Part shown: positions 10,417-23,325 of the stretch, one piece after another
Position numbering within the stretch: the stretch's first letter is position 1
How the letters are laid out: each line of letters begins with the position of its first letter
Source: Heteronotia binoei
Lineage: Eukaryota
DNA: 64,000 bases
Direction of reading: 5' to 3'
NCBI RefSeq assembly: GCF_032191835.1
Contig: NC_083240.1
Span: 10,540,001 to 10,604,000, forward strand
Program-made: the position numbers and the translations under genes
Notes under the pieces: generated by a model
The model's database searches: none
Told to the model about the DNA's origin: nothing
Seen by the model: only the letters and a program-made list of their open reading frames with translations

Positions 10417-11074
10417 AAGCTCGCTTCCTTGGATGCAATGGAAGACAGAAAATCATTCCCCTCTTTATGCACAAAAATTACACAGGGGGAAGGGAGGAAA
10501 ATGTCTCAGCGCTACTGGACTGTAATGATACTCAAGCGCCAGTCATGCAGAACTAAAAACTAGTAGTGTTGCTAGCAATACTGTTTTCCCTCTTCCACTT
10601 TTGCATGCCTAGAAGCAGGAGAGTTGCTCAGAAGCAGTACGTGCCAAGCCTGTTCTGGGCTGCCACCCACTTCTGCTTCTCTGGTCTCATGCCCAGCAGG
10701 CTTACCTGCAGTATCCCCAAAAGGGACAGCGGTAAGAACTGCGGATTAAGTACAAAGGACAGAGGGCTTATTCGGCTGATCTGGTCCCTTTTGATCTGTT
10801 GAGCTTTCACTGCGCTTTCAAACAAAGGAAGGGAAAGTGGAAACGTCTCCGCCAGATAGAGAAGGAACTAACCCGAGCAAGTTGACACAGGAAAAAGTAT
10901 TGGGGTGACCTGGGGAAAGCTCCGGTCTTTCCCCCCCTTAACCGTCATTGCTCCCTCAAAGCATTTCACAGACGGAAACAGGGATAGGTTTATGATATCC
11001 AGTTCTTGCACCAGAAATCACAGCCTCCCCAAGACACAGGTAGCTGAAAGCTCTTCTCTACTTGCTAAGTTTGT

Positions 11075-11230
11075 TCACACTCTGGATGTCAAGCCAAGGT
11101 TAGTCTGGTCTCAAAAGCTAAGCAGGGTCAGCCCTGGTTACTATTTGGAAGGGACTGCCAAAGAATACAAAGGGCAGTACACAGAGGCTGGCAATGGCAA
11201 ACCACCTCTGAATATTTCTCGTCTTGAAAG
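11075..11230 (+). mobile_element. 5S-derived SINE copy followed by a hAT MITE (11231-11510)
   Basis: ctggtctcaaaagctaagcagggtcagccctggttactatttggaagggactgcc is a 5S box A/C match. Confidence 0.7.
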
Positions 11231-14200
11231 CAGGGGTGGCCAAACTTGCTTAATGTAAGAGCCACACAGAATAAAGGTCAGAGCCGCAAGATATGAACAT
11301 CAGATGTTGGAGAGTCCAAGACAGGAAGGCAGGCAGGCAAATGGGGGAGAGGTGGAAAGAAAGCAACTTCAACTTCAAAGGCCTTCTCCAAGCCACCAGC
11401 TGGCTTGGCAAAGTGATTGAGAAATGCCTTCTCCAAGCAGGCCAACAGGGTAGTGGTGGGTTCAAGAGCCCCACGATACATGTCAAAGAGCCACAGTTTG
11501 GCCACCCCTGCCCTAAAGCATGTGACTTGAGGGCAAAAAAGAAAAGGGGCTATTCTCAACTCTGTTGAGTGGGGTTTTTTTCGCTATCTCTATCCAGTTG
11601 CATCAGCAGTTACAGAGAGACACACACCCCATTCTTCTGGCCTATATCTCACAGGGGGGTGGTGGTGGGGGGAGACCTTTTTGATGCTTATGGGCTTTGA
11701 AATGTTTTCACACCAAGATCCGGCACCAAGTGTACTATCTGATGGGTGCCAGGTTCCAAATCTCTACCGGAGACTGCTTAGACAAAGCTGTAGGGAGAGA
11801 AAGGGGAAAATTGACATCACACCATTTCATCTCTGGAAGGATGAAGGAACCTGACGGAATCTGTGAATTAACGGTTGAAGTTTCCTTCTGGCTCTTTTCT
11901 TCTTCATTTTTCTGGCATGCCATGAGGAATTAAAACCCCTTATTCCAAATTTCTTTGCAGTTGCTTGAAGAGAACTGCGTCGCCTGCATTTCTGATGGCT
12001 GATGAACTCATTTCTTCACAAACTGATAACACAGTCAGCGTTTCGGCTATTAAATGATAAACCAGGGATTGCAGTGTGAACTCCTTGCTTGGAATAGAAG
12101 TCTTTATTCTGTCTTTCTGTTGCAAAGATAAATCAGAGGATTTTGTTGAGGCTCAGATGTGTAATCTCCCAGATTTTAACCAGAGTGGTTCCCCCAGTTA
12201 ACCAACAAGTGGAAGAAAAAAGCAAAATAAAGTGTGACTGGCCACTGGTATTGCTATTGAGGGAAAGAATCATTGCGTATTCCTGGCAGCAGCTTGACAA
12301 GAGGTGTCTCAAGTGTATTTCCCAACCATGAGGACTAGCAACTTTCCTGGCATGCTGAATCTTTGGTGTACTTCTATAGAATGTCAGGCCTCAATGACAA
12401 AACCAATGGCAGATGGAATAATAAAATGTTCAGATCTCCAGGTGAGATCTGCATTTTCCTCCACCACAAATCAGCCAATTGCGCTGTCAACATTTACAGG
12501 CTCGTGTTTCTGGTTCTCACCAACCCCTTTTGATAAAATAATCTCCACCGCTGAGCCCAGGAGCACTGGGCAAGGATGAAGAAAGTCACAGCCAATGAAG
12601 GAATGAGAATTATGGATACTGTCTGTACCAAACGACTAAACAAAGATTTAAGTTTCTTCCCATACTGTGTATTACACCAGTTTGGCAAAACCTGCCCATT
12701 AAATGTTCAGCTAATTTAATCACACTAGAGAATAGCCTGTAATTCTCTTGATTTGAGTAACATTTCACCCCATACTTTGAGCATTTTAGGGCCCCTGGAT
12801 GCAGCAGAGTATGGTTTAAAGCACCCTAGTAAGTTTGTGACAGAAGTCAGATAGACGGAGTTTTATTTACCTTTGTTTCCTGATGGAATGCCAGCAATCA
12901 TACAGTAGTGCTGGTAAATCCAGGTGGGCCTCCATCTCAGCAACCGGACACAGATTACCTTCTGCAAGCTGGCTGCATTGTGTCTCCCAACCGTACATTG
13001 TGCCTTAATGTTCATGCACTCGCGTTTACGTGGCTGCGAACTATTCTGTTTCTCACTAACAAATAAGAAGTCTGTTAGCATCTTAAAGACTGTTATCCTA
13101 GCACAGGGGTAGCCAAACTGGCTTGGGAGCCATATGTGGCTCTTTCAAGGATATTGTGTGGCTCTCAAAGCCCCCACTGCCCCATTGGCTAGCTTGGGTA
13201 ACGCATTTAAAGTTGCTTTCTTTCCATCTCTCCCCCATCTATTTTCCTTCCTTCTGGCTCTCAAACCTCTGCTTTCATGTCCTGCGGCTCTCATACATCT
13301 GAAGTTTATACTATGTGGCTTTTACGTTAAGCAAGTTTGGCCACCCCTGTCCTAACATAAACTAGAAGTGTAGCAGCAGTTAAAGTGGCAGACTAAGAAA
13401 TCTACACACAGCCATGAACCTTGCTAGGTAACTTTGGGCCAGTCAAAACACACCTGCCCAAAGGAAGAAAACATGTAGTAGACAGGTAGATTTTAGCCAG
13501 GATCTGATTTCCAGCTCTCAGGCGTAAAGTTACATAGGCAACATCCTGGTTAGGTCACCCCTTGGGTCAAGTCTGACCTCCCAACTTTGACTCTACTTCC
13601 TAGACATTAAAAAATGCTGTCAACAAGGTCAGCAGTCCAAAGCTGCTGCAATGCCCTTTTAGAAAAAGGTTGATGGATCCAAGGCAGAATTCTGCCTCCC
13701 CATCCCAGGTCATTCACTGTCGCTGGGGCATTTTTTTCCTTTTCCCCTCCTGGTAACATCTCCCAATTTTCCCATCGACTTAATCCACCAGCTGTGTTGA
13801 TACAGCAATTCTTCCCCCCCAACCCCTTAGTCTTCTAGGACAGGATGTTCTTTAAACCTGGGATGTACCAGCCTTTTCTTTGGCAAGTGAATGATTCTTA
13901 CACATGACTAATGCTATTCTTCCCTTGCGTGCTGACAGGCTTGCTTTCATTGCAAGGGGCTGAGACTCCAGGATCCTTCTTATTGAAACAGGCACGGAGT
14001 GGGACGGGCAAGCAGACAGGCCCTCACGGCGGGCCGGCCGCAATTACCACCCGCAGCTGCTGACTGAGACACTCAAGCGAAAGGCAGCGCATCAAAGAAC
14101 CTATCAATTAGAAGGATTTGTGGGTCTACGTTTTGAAACCTTCCATTTTTAAAACCTACCATCATAGCTGGCGCCAGCACCAGTAGGACTGGGCAGCCGC

Positions 14201-16268
14201 CGAGGCTGTTCTCTATAAGCCGTGGCTCTCTAACCAACTTGGAAATTGGCGAAGGAAGGCAGACTGTAAAAGCATGAGGTAAGAGCAGTGGGCTGTTAAG
14301 TGGAAAGGGACACTTTTTTTTCTTAGGGCGGCCCAGCCATACTTGAAACCAGCCCAGCCATAAGGAACAGCCCTTTTCTCCTCCCCATTCATACATCCAC
14401 TCATGTTTTTTTAAAAAAATTATTGACTTCAAGGCAGAGTATGAACAGGTTTCCCATCCAGGTAGTGACTGGCCTGCTAAACCAGGGATTCCCAACCTTT
14501 TCTGAGCCTGTGGCCACCTTTGTATTTCAGACACAAGGTGATGGTGGGTGCAACCACAAAATGAGGTACAAAAGACAGAGCCCACAGAGGAAACCCAAAA
14601 GCGGTCAATGAAAAAAATACACTGGAAGAGAATGCAACCAACACTATGGTGGGCAGCTGCCACTGAAACAATGTCATTTCAATCTGTGCAACCAATTAGA
14701 AGTCCTGTCTCAAGTAGCCCCACCTACTTTCTAAGAACACTCGGTGGGCATCAGGAAAGGTGTCCATGAGTGCCACGGTGCACGTGGGCACCCCGGTGGA
14801 GAGCCCCACGCTAAACTCAGGCAGAGGTAAGGTGTTCACTTGCCTACAAACTAGGATTCTGAATCCATGGCCTGTTATGTATGAACGAGGCTAAAAGCCT
14901 GTACTAGTTGGCATCATTTATCCTGGCTTTGCCAGGAAAGAGTGACTGACAGGGCAGTGACATTCCCTGGAAACCTTATTTCACTTCCCCATCAGAATTC
15001 ACCAGGCATTGCGCCACCTGCCTTCTAGTCCCCGTGGATGTCAACACGGCCACCTTCCCTTTAAAAAGAGAGATTTTCCAGGCAGCCAAACTCAACAGCA
15101 CATTTGGCACCGTTGCACTACACACAAGATCACAGAAAACTTCACATGCAGCCCTAGCTCAGAAGTCCAGTTCCCTACTCTGTTATTCAACATCGTCTCG
15201 ACCAGTGTGGGACACAGAGGCGGCATGTTTAAATACAAAATCAAATACTTTAATGAAACTGGGGAACAGGAAAACAGCTCAGGTGATACCACTAAAACGG
15301 ATATCCCTGTGCCGTGTACATTTGTTTTTAATATAAACACCTTCTTTTAAGCAAGCAAAGCGTGGACAAGCGATCAGTTTTTCAGCATTTTTTTCCCCCC
15401 CAAAGATCCTGAGTAGAGAGTTTATCTAAACCACATAATTATATGAAAATGGCCCAAGTCCTGAGCTGGTGGCCAGCACCAGGCATTCCACCAGTTTATA
15501 AAAGAGACCACTTCCAACGCGCAAAATCTAAATACTTTTCACATTTCCACAGAGTTCTTTACGCAAAAGAAAAAAAAAAAAGAAAAGTCTTCAGGCTGAG
15601 GACTCTGAAGTTCTCAATGTTCAATATGTCGACTGCGAGCTCCCCTTCCCTCCCCCCAACGCATTTGCAATTTAAAGTTTAAAGGGTTATATTAAGGCCT
15701 TTCTCTGTCCTTGCTGTTCAACGCCGCATATATACAAAAAAGAAAATTCTGCCTAATATAGGCATCGATTCTAAAAAACAAAAAAATCAAACATCACCAT
15801 GTGTCATACAATGCAATCGTGTCCGTTGTGAACAAAAAAAAAAAAACAAAGCCCAAGAGAGAGAGAGAGACAGACAGACTACTGTTAGCACCAAGCAATG
15901 CCACAGGGGGCTGTGCTTCCAAGATGCTCTGGGGAAAGAGAGGTCACCAACGTCAACAGCCTGCGTAAAAGGCAGCTCTCTCCGAAGAATCCAACCATCT
16001 CAGGACGCGATTCCCATTCCTACAGTGCATAGCAGCATCTCCAGTCCAAGATTTAAGAACAGATGAAAGATCCAGGAAAGGAGGGCAACCTCCCCCCAGA
16101 GTACTACAGAGAGGTTCTCAAAATGGACGCTATCAAAAACAAAGCCCATTTCAATACCATCCTTTGAGTCAGAGATGAGTTCGAGTCTTCCGAATGCAAC
16201 CAAGAGATACACTCACTCCCTGACCAATCCAGAAAGAGGGGCTTCCTCTGGCTGTCTTTTAGCGCCAC

Positions 16269-16626
16269 TCATCTCCGATGCCGGCTGTGGCCGGGGTGGT
16301 CCCTATCGTAGCGGTGGCTTGGCCTCTCGTACGAGTGGGGCCGCTCGGGCCTCTGATCCCTATAGTAGTGGCTCTTCTTCTTGTATTTCCCCGAGTGGTC
16401 TGAACGTTCCCGTGAGCGGCTCCGCGACCGAGAGGAGCTCCTGCTGCGCGATTTCCGCTGCTTGGGAGAGGCGTACTTGTAACTCTGGGCCTTCTTGTAG
16501 CTCCTCACCTTGGAGCCTTTGTAGCTGGAGGTGCTGTGGTTGAACTGCCGGGGGGGAGAATCGCTGCGGCTTCTTGAGCGGCTGTGAGATTTGGAGCCAC
16601 TGGAGGGGGAATAGCTCTCGCTCTTC
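16269..16626 (-). CDS. CCNL2: Cyclin L2 exon 11 (RS domain, stop)
   Basis: tctctggcag acceptor. [25 protein letters not shown]...[28 protein letters not shown]...[10 protein letters not shown]. Confidence 0.96.
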
Positions 16627-17119
16627 CTGCCAGAGAAGGAAAAACCAGGCGTTATATTTCCTGAAATATCCCACTGGATGCTTTCTATTTCTAATGTGGT
16701 ATCAAGACAAAAGGAGGGCAGATTTGCTATGAGGTCAGTCCTCCATAATGCTACACTGCAGGCGAGAACACACTGCAGGTAAAATTCCACTCCAGGTCAA
16801 AGATCTGGATAATACACTTCTGGCAAGAGTGTATCATAAAGGGTGTGTCTGGGGCAGTCCAATGAAAGGAAACATTACATTTCTCCTTCTCTTTTCACTT
16901 CTGGGCTAACAGACCTTTCTAGTCGTCTAAAGATCTAAAAGGTGAGGTGAGAGTCCCGGTCTTGTTGCTACATTTGCAGACAGGTCAACAGGAAGGAAGC
17001 TCTCCCTGTTTGCCATTAAGTCTAAGCACAAAACTGACACCTTGTTCTTCAGGAGGGTCTGGGCACACTCTTCTCAGCTCTGCTGTCTGTCACGTCCCAC
17101 ACACCTGTTGGGCACCTAC

Positions 17120-17212
17120 CTTTGTTTTGGAGTTGGTGACCTTGAAGGGGACCGGGAATAACTCGGGTCTCTGCTTCCACTTCGACTCCTGCTCTCTCTG
17201 CCTTTCTGAACG
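17120..17212 (-). CDS. CCNL2: Cyclin L2 exon 10
   Basis: ccttgcag|...|gtaggt. VQKGRESRSRSGSRDPSYSRSPSRSPTPKQ. Confidence 0.94.
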
Positions 17213-18139
17213 CTGCAAGGAACACAAAGCAAGAGGAATAGGTGTAAAGCGGCACTGGGACCCCCTCAATCATATGCCTGCAAGTCCTGGCAATGCTGGG
17301 AATAATCTTATTGGCTGGATGAGGGGCTGAATCCCAATTCAGTCTCTCCTTAGTGCCATTTTATGGCTGCTACACGCTGAGGTCCAGGTAGTGCATAAAC
17401 CTTGAGAGCAGAAGATCAGAGCAGGCACCACATTTCCTGCAGATTCTCCCATTTCTTTCTTTCCTTTTTTTAAAAGAGCCAGTTTCTACCTTCTGGGCCA
17501 TGGAAATACATTGGAAAATGTGAAGGCCTACTACAATCTTGAAACAAAGCAAGAGCAAAGTTCAACAACTGCAAGCAGGCTTTAGCAGAGCCTTCATTTG
17601 TCCAAGGGGAGAATTAGGTGAGGCAGGATAATCTGCACAGTTTATTCAAGTGGCTGCCTTCAGTTCCTTTCACTGCAGAACCTGGGACACCAGGGCAATG
17701 AATTCTGTTTGAAAGCAAAGAATACCCACTGCCCTGGTTAAAGCATGCAGATATAACTTCTGTATCCAGCAACACACCAACCCCAACTCGAAAATGCTGG
17801 TGCCCCAAGGACTACGGTATCCAGAAAGGAGCCACCAGGAAAGCATCAGAGTTGTGTTTTTTTCATCAACCTGCTGCAATCAGAAATTCTGATATGCATC
17901 ACAGACCCTAATTCCCAGATACCAAGATGTCCTCAATGGGCAGAGAATATGAGGCCTCAGTTAGCAACAGCTGCTTTGAATCACAAAAAGAGGGGTGGGG
18001 GGGGGGGGTGAAGACAATCTAAAACCAATGATGTTTGTCTCTACGTACCCCCGTGACAACTGAACTCCATGGGCCTCCATTTGGCCTCACTTTCCTTATG
18101 AACTGGAGCCCAAGAACAACAAAATATACTCCTAGTAGT

Positions 18140-18370
18140 TTCAGAGGGGAGCCATGTTGGTCTGCAATAAAACAGCTACAGTTGAGTCCAGCAGTGCCTT
18201 AGAGACCAACAAGATTTTTGGTGTATCAAGCTTTTACTCTTTTCATCAGAAATCTCTGATGAACGAAGCACTGGCTTTTGAGAGCTTACACCCTGGAAAT
18301 CTTGTTGATCTCTTAAGATCTTGCTGAACTCAAAACTAGCCGTTCTATTATCAGTTGTCCGAACTCTTGG
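18140..18370. mobile_element. Penelope-like head-to-head pLTR pair in CCNL2 intron 9
   Basis: Minus-strand CTGATGA at 18243-18249 and plus-strand CTGATGA at 18256-18262. Each is followed by a degenerate GAAAGCTT and by the ttgttggtctctaagg-type pLTR end in opposite orientations. Confidence 0.65.
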
Positions 18371-18707
18371 GTGTAACAAGCAGACTCTACAGCAGCTCTG
18401 GTGCTTCCAAATCTACTAGAAAGCTGCACATGTTGCGTCTTTTCTCTGTGCAAGCTGAAGCATGCTACAGTTAAAGAGATATCTGGGAGGCTTTTACCCA
18501 GAGCTTTACTGTGCCAGAGAACACATGCTGGAGCCACATGAGAAAGGTAAGCAATAGGAGCACTGAGTAGAAAGATGGCATTAAGATGTTTCAACCAAAT
18601 AAATGCCTGCAGGCTCCATCCTGCTTTTCTGCAAGCTCCTACTCCCCTTGCCCCCAGCTGGCGTTTCTGCAGAAGCACTAAGAAAAGAAAAATCCCCAAG
18701 GCCTTAC

Positions 18708-18825
18708 CCATTGACTGGACTGTTTGACTTTACCCTCTTCATCCCTTCCATTTTCCTCTTGGCATTTTTGATCACCTGCACAGCGAGTGGGGAAGGCTTG
18801 CTGCCTTTATTTTCTTTTGGAGATT
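18708..18825 (-). CDS. CCNL2: Cyclin L2 exon 9
   Basis: tctccag|...|gtaagg. [40 protein letters not shown]. Confidence 0.93.
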
Positions 18826-19434
18826 CTGGAGACGCAGGAAAGAGAATCCAGTTGTTAACTAGGAAAACTGCATTTAAGCATCACTGTTCGAAAGGTCACT
18901 AGGATGAGGGCATTCAAGAACATTAATAACCAAAGAGCAATTCAAACACCATGCTGAGAAGGCAAGCACCGGAACACCAACTGTGAATGCACCCCAAGAG
19001 AAGGCAAAGTTTAAACAAGGTGCCAACCAGGCAACATGTATCTTGCACACCTAACACCACATTTCAGGTAGATGGAAGTCAGTATATAGGACATTCACCT
19101 TCTTAAAAAAAATAAAGATCTGTATTCATATGGATAAGCAAACGAACTTCAACTGATGCATTTAATAAATAAATGATATTTATTGTTAATAAGATCTGCC
19201 CCTCACGTACAGAAAGGAAAACTGGATCTTGTGCTCTGTTCTAGTGATAGAACAACAGTCAGGAATCAATGAGCTCACATTTAAGTCCAGGCTCCTCAGG
19301 TTTCAGGGGGCAAGGAGTGGCCCTGACTCTCAGACTGAACCACAGCTTTCACAGCACTGTGTGTGCGCAGATCAGGCCTCTGTCAGTCATGCATCCAAGG
19401 CTCATGCACAGGCTTCACGGTAAGTGATACCAAC

Positions 19435-19576
19435 CAGTTTTGGGGGCAGGAGAAAATCCTGATACAGCATCCAAACTGGGCGTTCCATCAGGCAACAGGC
19501 CTTTTGCCTGGGCTTTGGCCTCCTCAATGGCCAGCTTCTTCTTCTCTACTCTGCTTTCTAAGACGGCCAAATCCAC
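19435..19576 (-). CDS. CCNL2: Cyclin L2 exon 8
   Basis: ttgttttag|...|gttggt. [47 protein letters not shown]. Confidence 0.94.
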
Positions 19577-20318
19577 CTAAAACAAAAGGGGAGGGGGGGG
19601 GGTTATTAATATAATATCTGACTAGCACAACTGTTCTTATCTGCAAGCTTACAATACTGCATGCTGGTGTGGCCAAACTTGCTTAATGTAAGAGCCACAT
19701 AGAATAAATGGCAGATATTTAAAGAAAAGTTGCTTTCCTTCCACCTCTCTCTCCCCCATCTATTTGCATTCTTTCAAATATCTGCCATTTATTCTATGTG
19801 GCCAGTTTGGAGATGGCATTCTCCAAGCCACTGGCTGGCCTGATGAAGTGATTTAAAGAAAGAAATGCCTTTTCCAAACTGGCTGATGGAGTGGTAGGAG
19901 GCTTCGAGAGCCACACAGTATGTCTGAAAAAGCCACAGTTTGGCCACCCCTGATATAGCATATGAAGAATATCTGCAACAGGGCTGATCAGGGGAACTGC
20001 ACCTGTAGCTCACCCATTTCACAGGGTAAGGAAGTTATAGTTGCAGGGAGCAGTTGGGCAGATCTCTGTAGACAGAAAAACTAATCAACAGAGTAGGAAG
20101 TTGGGCAATGCTACACCCATGGCATGAGTGCACCACATCAACTTTTGGGATGTAGCACGGGACAGAAAGACTTGAGTCTAAGGCACAATTAAAATCTAAT
20201 GTATAAAACCAAAAAGGGGACAAGAAAATCTCAGATGTCCCAGTGCACAGAAACACATTAAGTTTTCTCTTCCCCATCCCAAGCGACTGGAAATTCTGTG
20301 GTCTAAGAAGCAGCGCAC

Positions 20319-20423
20319 CTTTTTCCGAGTATAGAGCTGCAAGATTTTTATGCAGATCTCCTGAATCTCCTCTTCAGTTGCTCCAAAGAGCAGAAACCAG
20401 TGAGGGCGACTTGGAAGTGGCAT
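20319..20423 (-). CDS. CCNL2: Cyclin L2 exon 7
   Basis: gcttacag|...|gtgcgc. MPLPSRPHWFLLFGATEEEIQEICIKILQLYTRKK. Confidence 0.96.
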
Positions 20424-21101
20424 CTGTAAGCAAAACAGGTCAGCCCTCACCATCAGTTATCCATCAACAGTAACCTGGTTGCAACCACTCTAAAGGCAAC
20501 TGCTAATATTTAAGCGCACCCGTTGCTGAACTGAATTAGCCTTTTACTGATTGTAGCCAAAATGTAGCGAGAGAAATAAGGAATTTCCCATTAAATTTTC
20601 CAAGGCAAGCAAGTACTCTCACTGGCTCTACAAGACCATGGGGTATCTGGTCAAAGCAGTCTGCTAAAGCTTCCTGTGTGTTTTGTTTGTTCTCAACAAT
20701 ATGGGCCAGGATACAAGCAACTCTGAACCAACCCCAGGATTCTCAAGAGGGGCTTTCAATTACTACCTCCTGGAACAGACACACTGGAGAATAAGACTGT
20801 TTTTCAAACTTAAGTCCTTCAAGTACCTGAGCCACAAGCCATTCATTCATTTAGGACAGGAGTGGCCAACGGTAGCTCTCCAGATGTTTTTTTGCCTACA
20901 ACGTCCATCAGCCCCAGCCAGCAAGGCCAATGGCTGGGGCTGATGGGAGTTGTAGGCAAAAAAAAACATCTGGAGAGCTACCGTTGGCCACCCCTGATTT
21001 AGAAGATTTTTCTGCTGCCCCTCAAGTCCTGCCTCCTACAACTGGACCAATAAGTTATCTATACAACCCCCCTCCCCCCAAAAAATCAAAACAAGACCAA
21101 C

Positions 21102-21201
21102 CTCCAGGGTCCTAGCAGCAAGGTAGATACAGGCACAAGCAATACTCTCAGGGTGGAACCTCACAAAGACATCTGTCCGTAGGCTGTCATTCATATAGTT
21201 C
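21102..21201 (-). CDS. CCNL2: Cyclin L2 exon 6
   Basis: caccttag|...|gttggt. [33 protein letters not shown]. Confidence 0.96.
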
Positions 21202-22878
21202 CTAAGGTGACAAAGGATGAGACAACAGAAGTTGCAGCAGTTGGACAGATCCCTGCTCTGACTATGCTTTTTTTTTTTTTTACTTTATTGTCGGTAGTTA
21301 TCTAGGTGTTCTACAGCTACATCTGAAGTCTAGATAATCCTGTGAAATCTGACAGGTTAAAAAAGAAAGCTTCCTTCCAGGGAAGGGTGCCTCTGGGGAT
21401 ATCAACCGGCTGTCGGGAATTTGTGAAAGAGAACCAATTTTAACTTTACTTTTCTCCCTGTTATGATCTACTGGCCTGTTCTTATGCAAAACAGAATGTT
21501 GTTAAAAAAAAGAAAAAACTTCAGACAAAATATGTAGCATATGTGAAGATATCTTATCAAACTCAAGTCTTCATCCCATCAAAAAGAGCGGTATGTGGGC
21601 TCAAGGTGGACAATCTGAAACTGTAGATCTGAATGGAGGGTTCTTCAGGATCCATCTGATCTCTTCTACTGCTTTTGCCAGAATAATCCATTTTCCAGAA
21701 TACACACAGCCAAACAAATCCCTTCAGAGGGCAAGACAGTCCCAGATGTTCAGTCCAGATGTCCTGGTAGCACTGCAGCTGAAGATGCCCAAGTTCATGC
21801 AGCTTCCTTCCTTCCACTGGCTCGGCACCGGATCGCTTCCAAATTGCCCCAGTGTAACGTTTCTTAAACTCAATGTTCACAGAATGAGGCAACTGCAAAA
21901 ACATCGCACATGGCTCACAGTCAGTACGGTTTACACATTCCTCCCCTGAAAGGATGTCTGAAAATTCAGATTTTTTTTTTTTTGGCAGGTAAAACATGTG
22001 CAAGACCCCAGTAAGCACACATTCATTTCCTAAGAAAAATCTACTGTTCAATCAGCACATCAGACAGTAATTAAAACATGACCCAGAACAAAGGCCTCTA
22101 GGAGCCAGAGACGACCACTGGAGATGCATTATGAGCATCAGATGCACAATGACGGAATTAACGTCGGGTGACCCCAAACTATGTGTCTCAGTTGCCTTAA
22201 GTCAAACCATGCACAGACCACTGGAACAGGTGCTATGGGATGTGTTGCAAAGGAGGCAGTCAACAGATAGTTTGGGGTATCCACCCGAACAAAGCTGAAG
22301 GGTTTGAAATATTATTCCCAATCTAGCTAGAGAAATTTAAGAAAACGGTTAAACAGAAGTGGATGCTTTCTGACTTCCAAAACAGCATGTTAACAGAATG
22401 ACGACTGGTTTAGATCCCACTTCTGATTGGACCAACTGTACTGGGACAGCAGGCTAGGCATTCAAGACACACAGTTCTTTAGAACGTTTTGCTCAAATAC
22501 TTGCTGGCCCTGGAATACAATTGGATGAAGACTCTGGGACAGTAAGTCTCTGCAATGAATGCTGTAACCAAGGCTTTCCTGCTAATTTCTTGCTCTTTTC
22601 TCCAGCGGATCTCTGTCCACAGCCAGGATCCCAAAAGCTACTTGAGTGCAAAGGAACTCCCCCTCCCCCAAGCAGCTGATCCCCACAACGCATCAGGCTA
22701 ATTCTGGAAATCTCCCATGGCCAAAGCAGTTCGCTGAAAGGCATGGGGACACCAGGCATGTAGAAATGGTTCATCAGATCTTGTCGTCCCCCTCCCCCCC
22801 CCCCCCGTTTTAAAAGTACAGTAAGAGAAATTTAGTTGTATGTGATCTGGGGATAAGAACGCTTAACATATAAAACTC

Positions 22879-22884
22879 TTTATT
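22879..22884 (-). terminator. CCNL2: Candidate intronic polyadenylation signal (AATAAA) for the short CCNL2 isoform
   Basis: Minus-strand AATAAA about 420 nt downstream of the alternative-exon stop, followed by U-rich gagttttatatgtt. Confidence 0.5.
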
Positions 22885-23303
22885 GAGACACAGAATTTTT
22901 TTTTTTTTAAAAACATTCATTCAACGTACCAAAATTTTACGTTAAGTGCAACGACCAGCATTTATGGAACTAAAATCTCCCCCCTTCCCTCCCATTAATT
23001 TAAAATTCAAGTTAATAAAGGCATTTTTTTTTGCATTCTAAAGACACGACACACAGCATCAGTCATCTCAACAGTAATGCATTCAAGATTTAGACTTATC
23101 TGTAAAGTGTGCAAATAAAGCTTTTTTTTAATCAAGTTGAAAAAAAAAATCACAAGCAGAAGTCGGCCAGTTTTTAACTCTACTAGTGTACGTATACCAC
23201 CTGTCTAGAGCCAGCCTTCTCTCTGCGGAGCCTGCTTTGGTTTGACTGAAGACGGCAGTTATCCCTGCACCATAGCGAGTGGGCAGCAGAGGAGAAGTCT
23301 TAG

Positions 23304-23325
23304 TCACTTACCCTCAGAGGCTACC
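23304..23325 (-). CDS. CCNL2: Alternative CCNL2 exon in intron 5 giving the truncated, RS-less isoform (W-VASEGK*); doubles as a 14-nt microexon (23312-23325) if the internal donor is used
   Basis: Long polypyrimidine tract, then caaag|G GTA GCC TCT GAG GGT AAG TGA. Phase matches the exon 5 end (TG|G). Contains a consensus G|GTAAGT donor. Matches the recalled C-terminus of human cyclin L2 beta. Confidence 0.85.

Noticed and set aside
14073-14663. 196-aa minus-strand ORF in the CCNL2 downstream region
   Set aside because: It starts inside a MITE, has low-complexity composition and no recognisable homology, and I found no supporting splice structure.
2500-16000. AURKAIP1 (expected by human synteny)
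   Set aside because: I found no KIRRRKMNHHKY or AGLKEAP.GW motifs on either strand; the gene probably lies left of the window.
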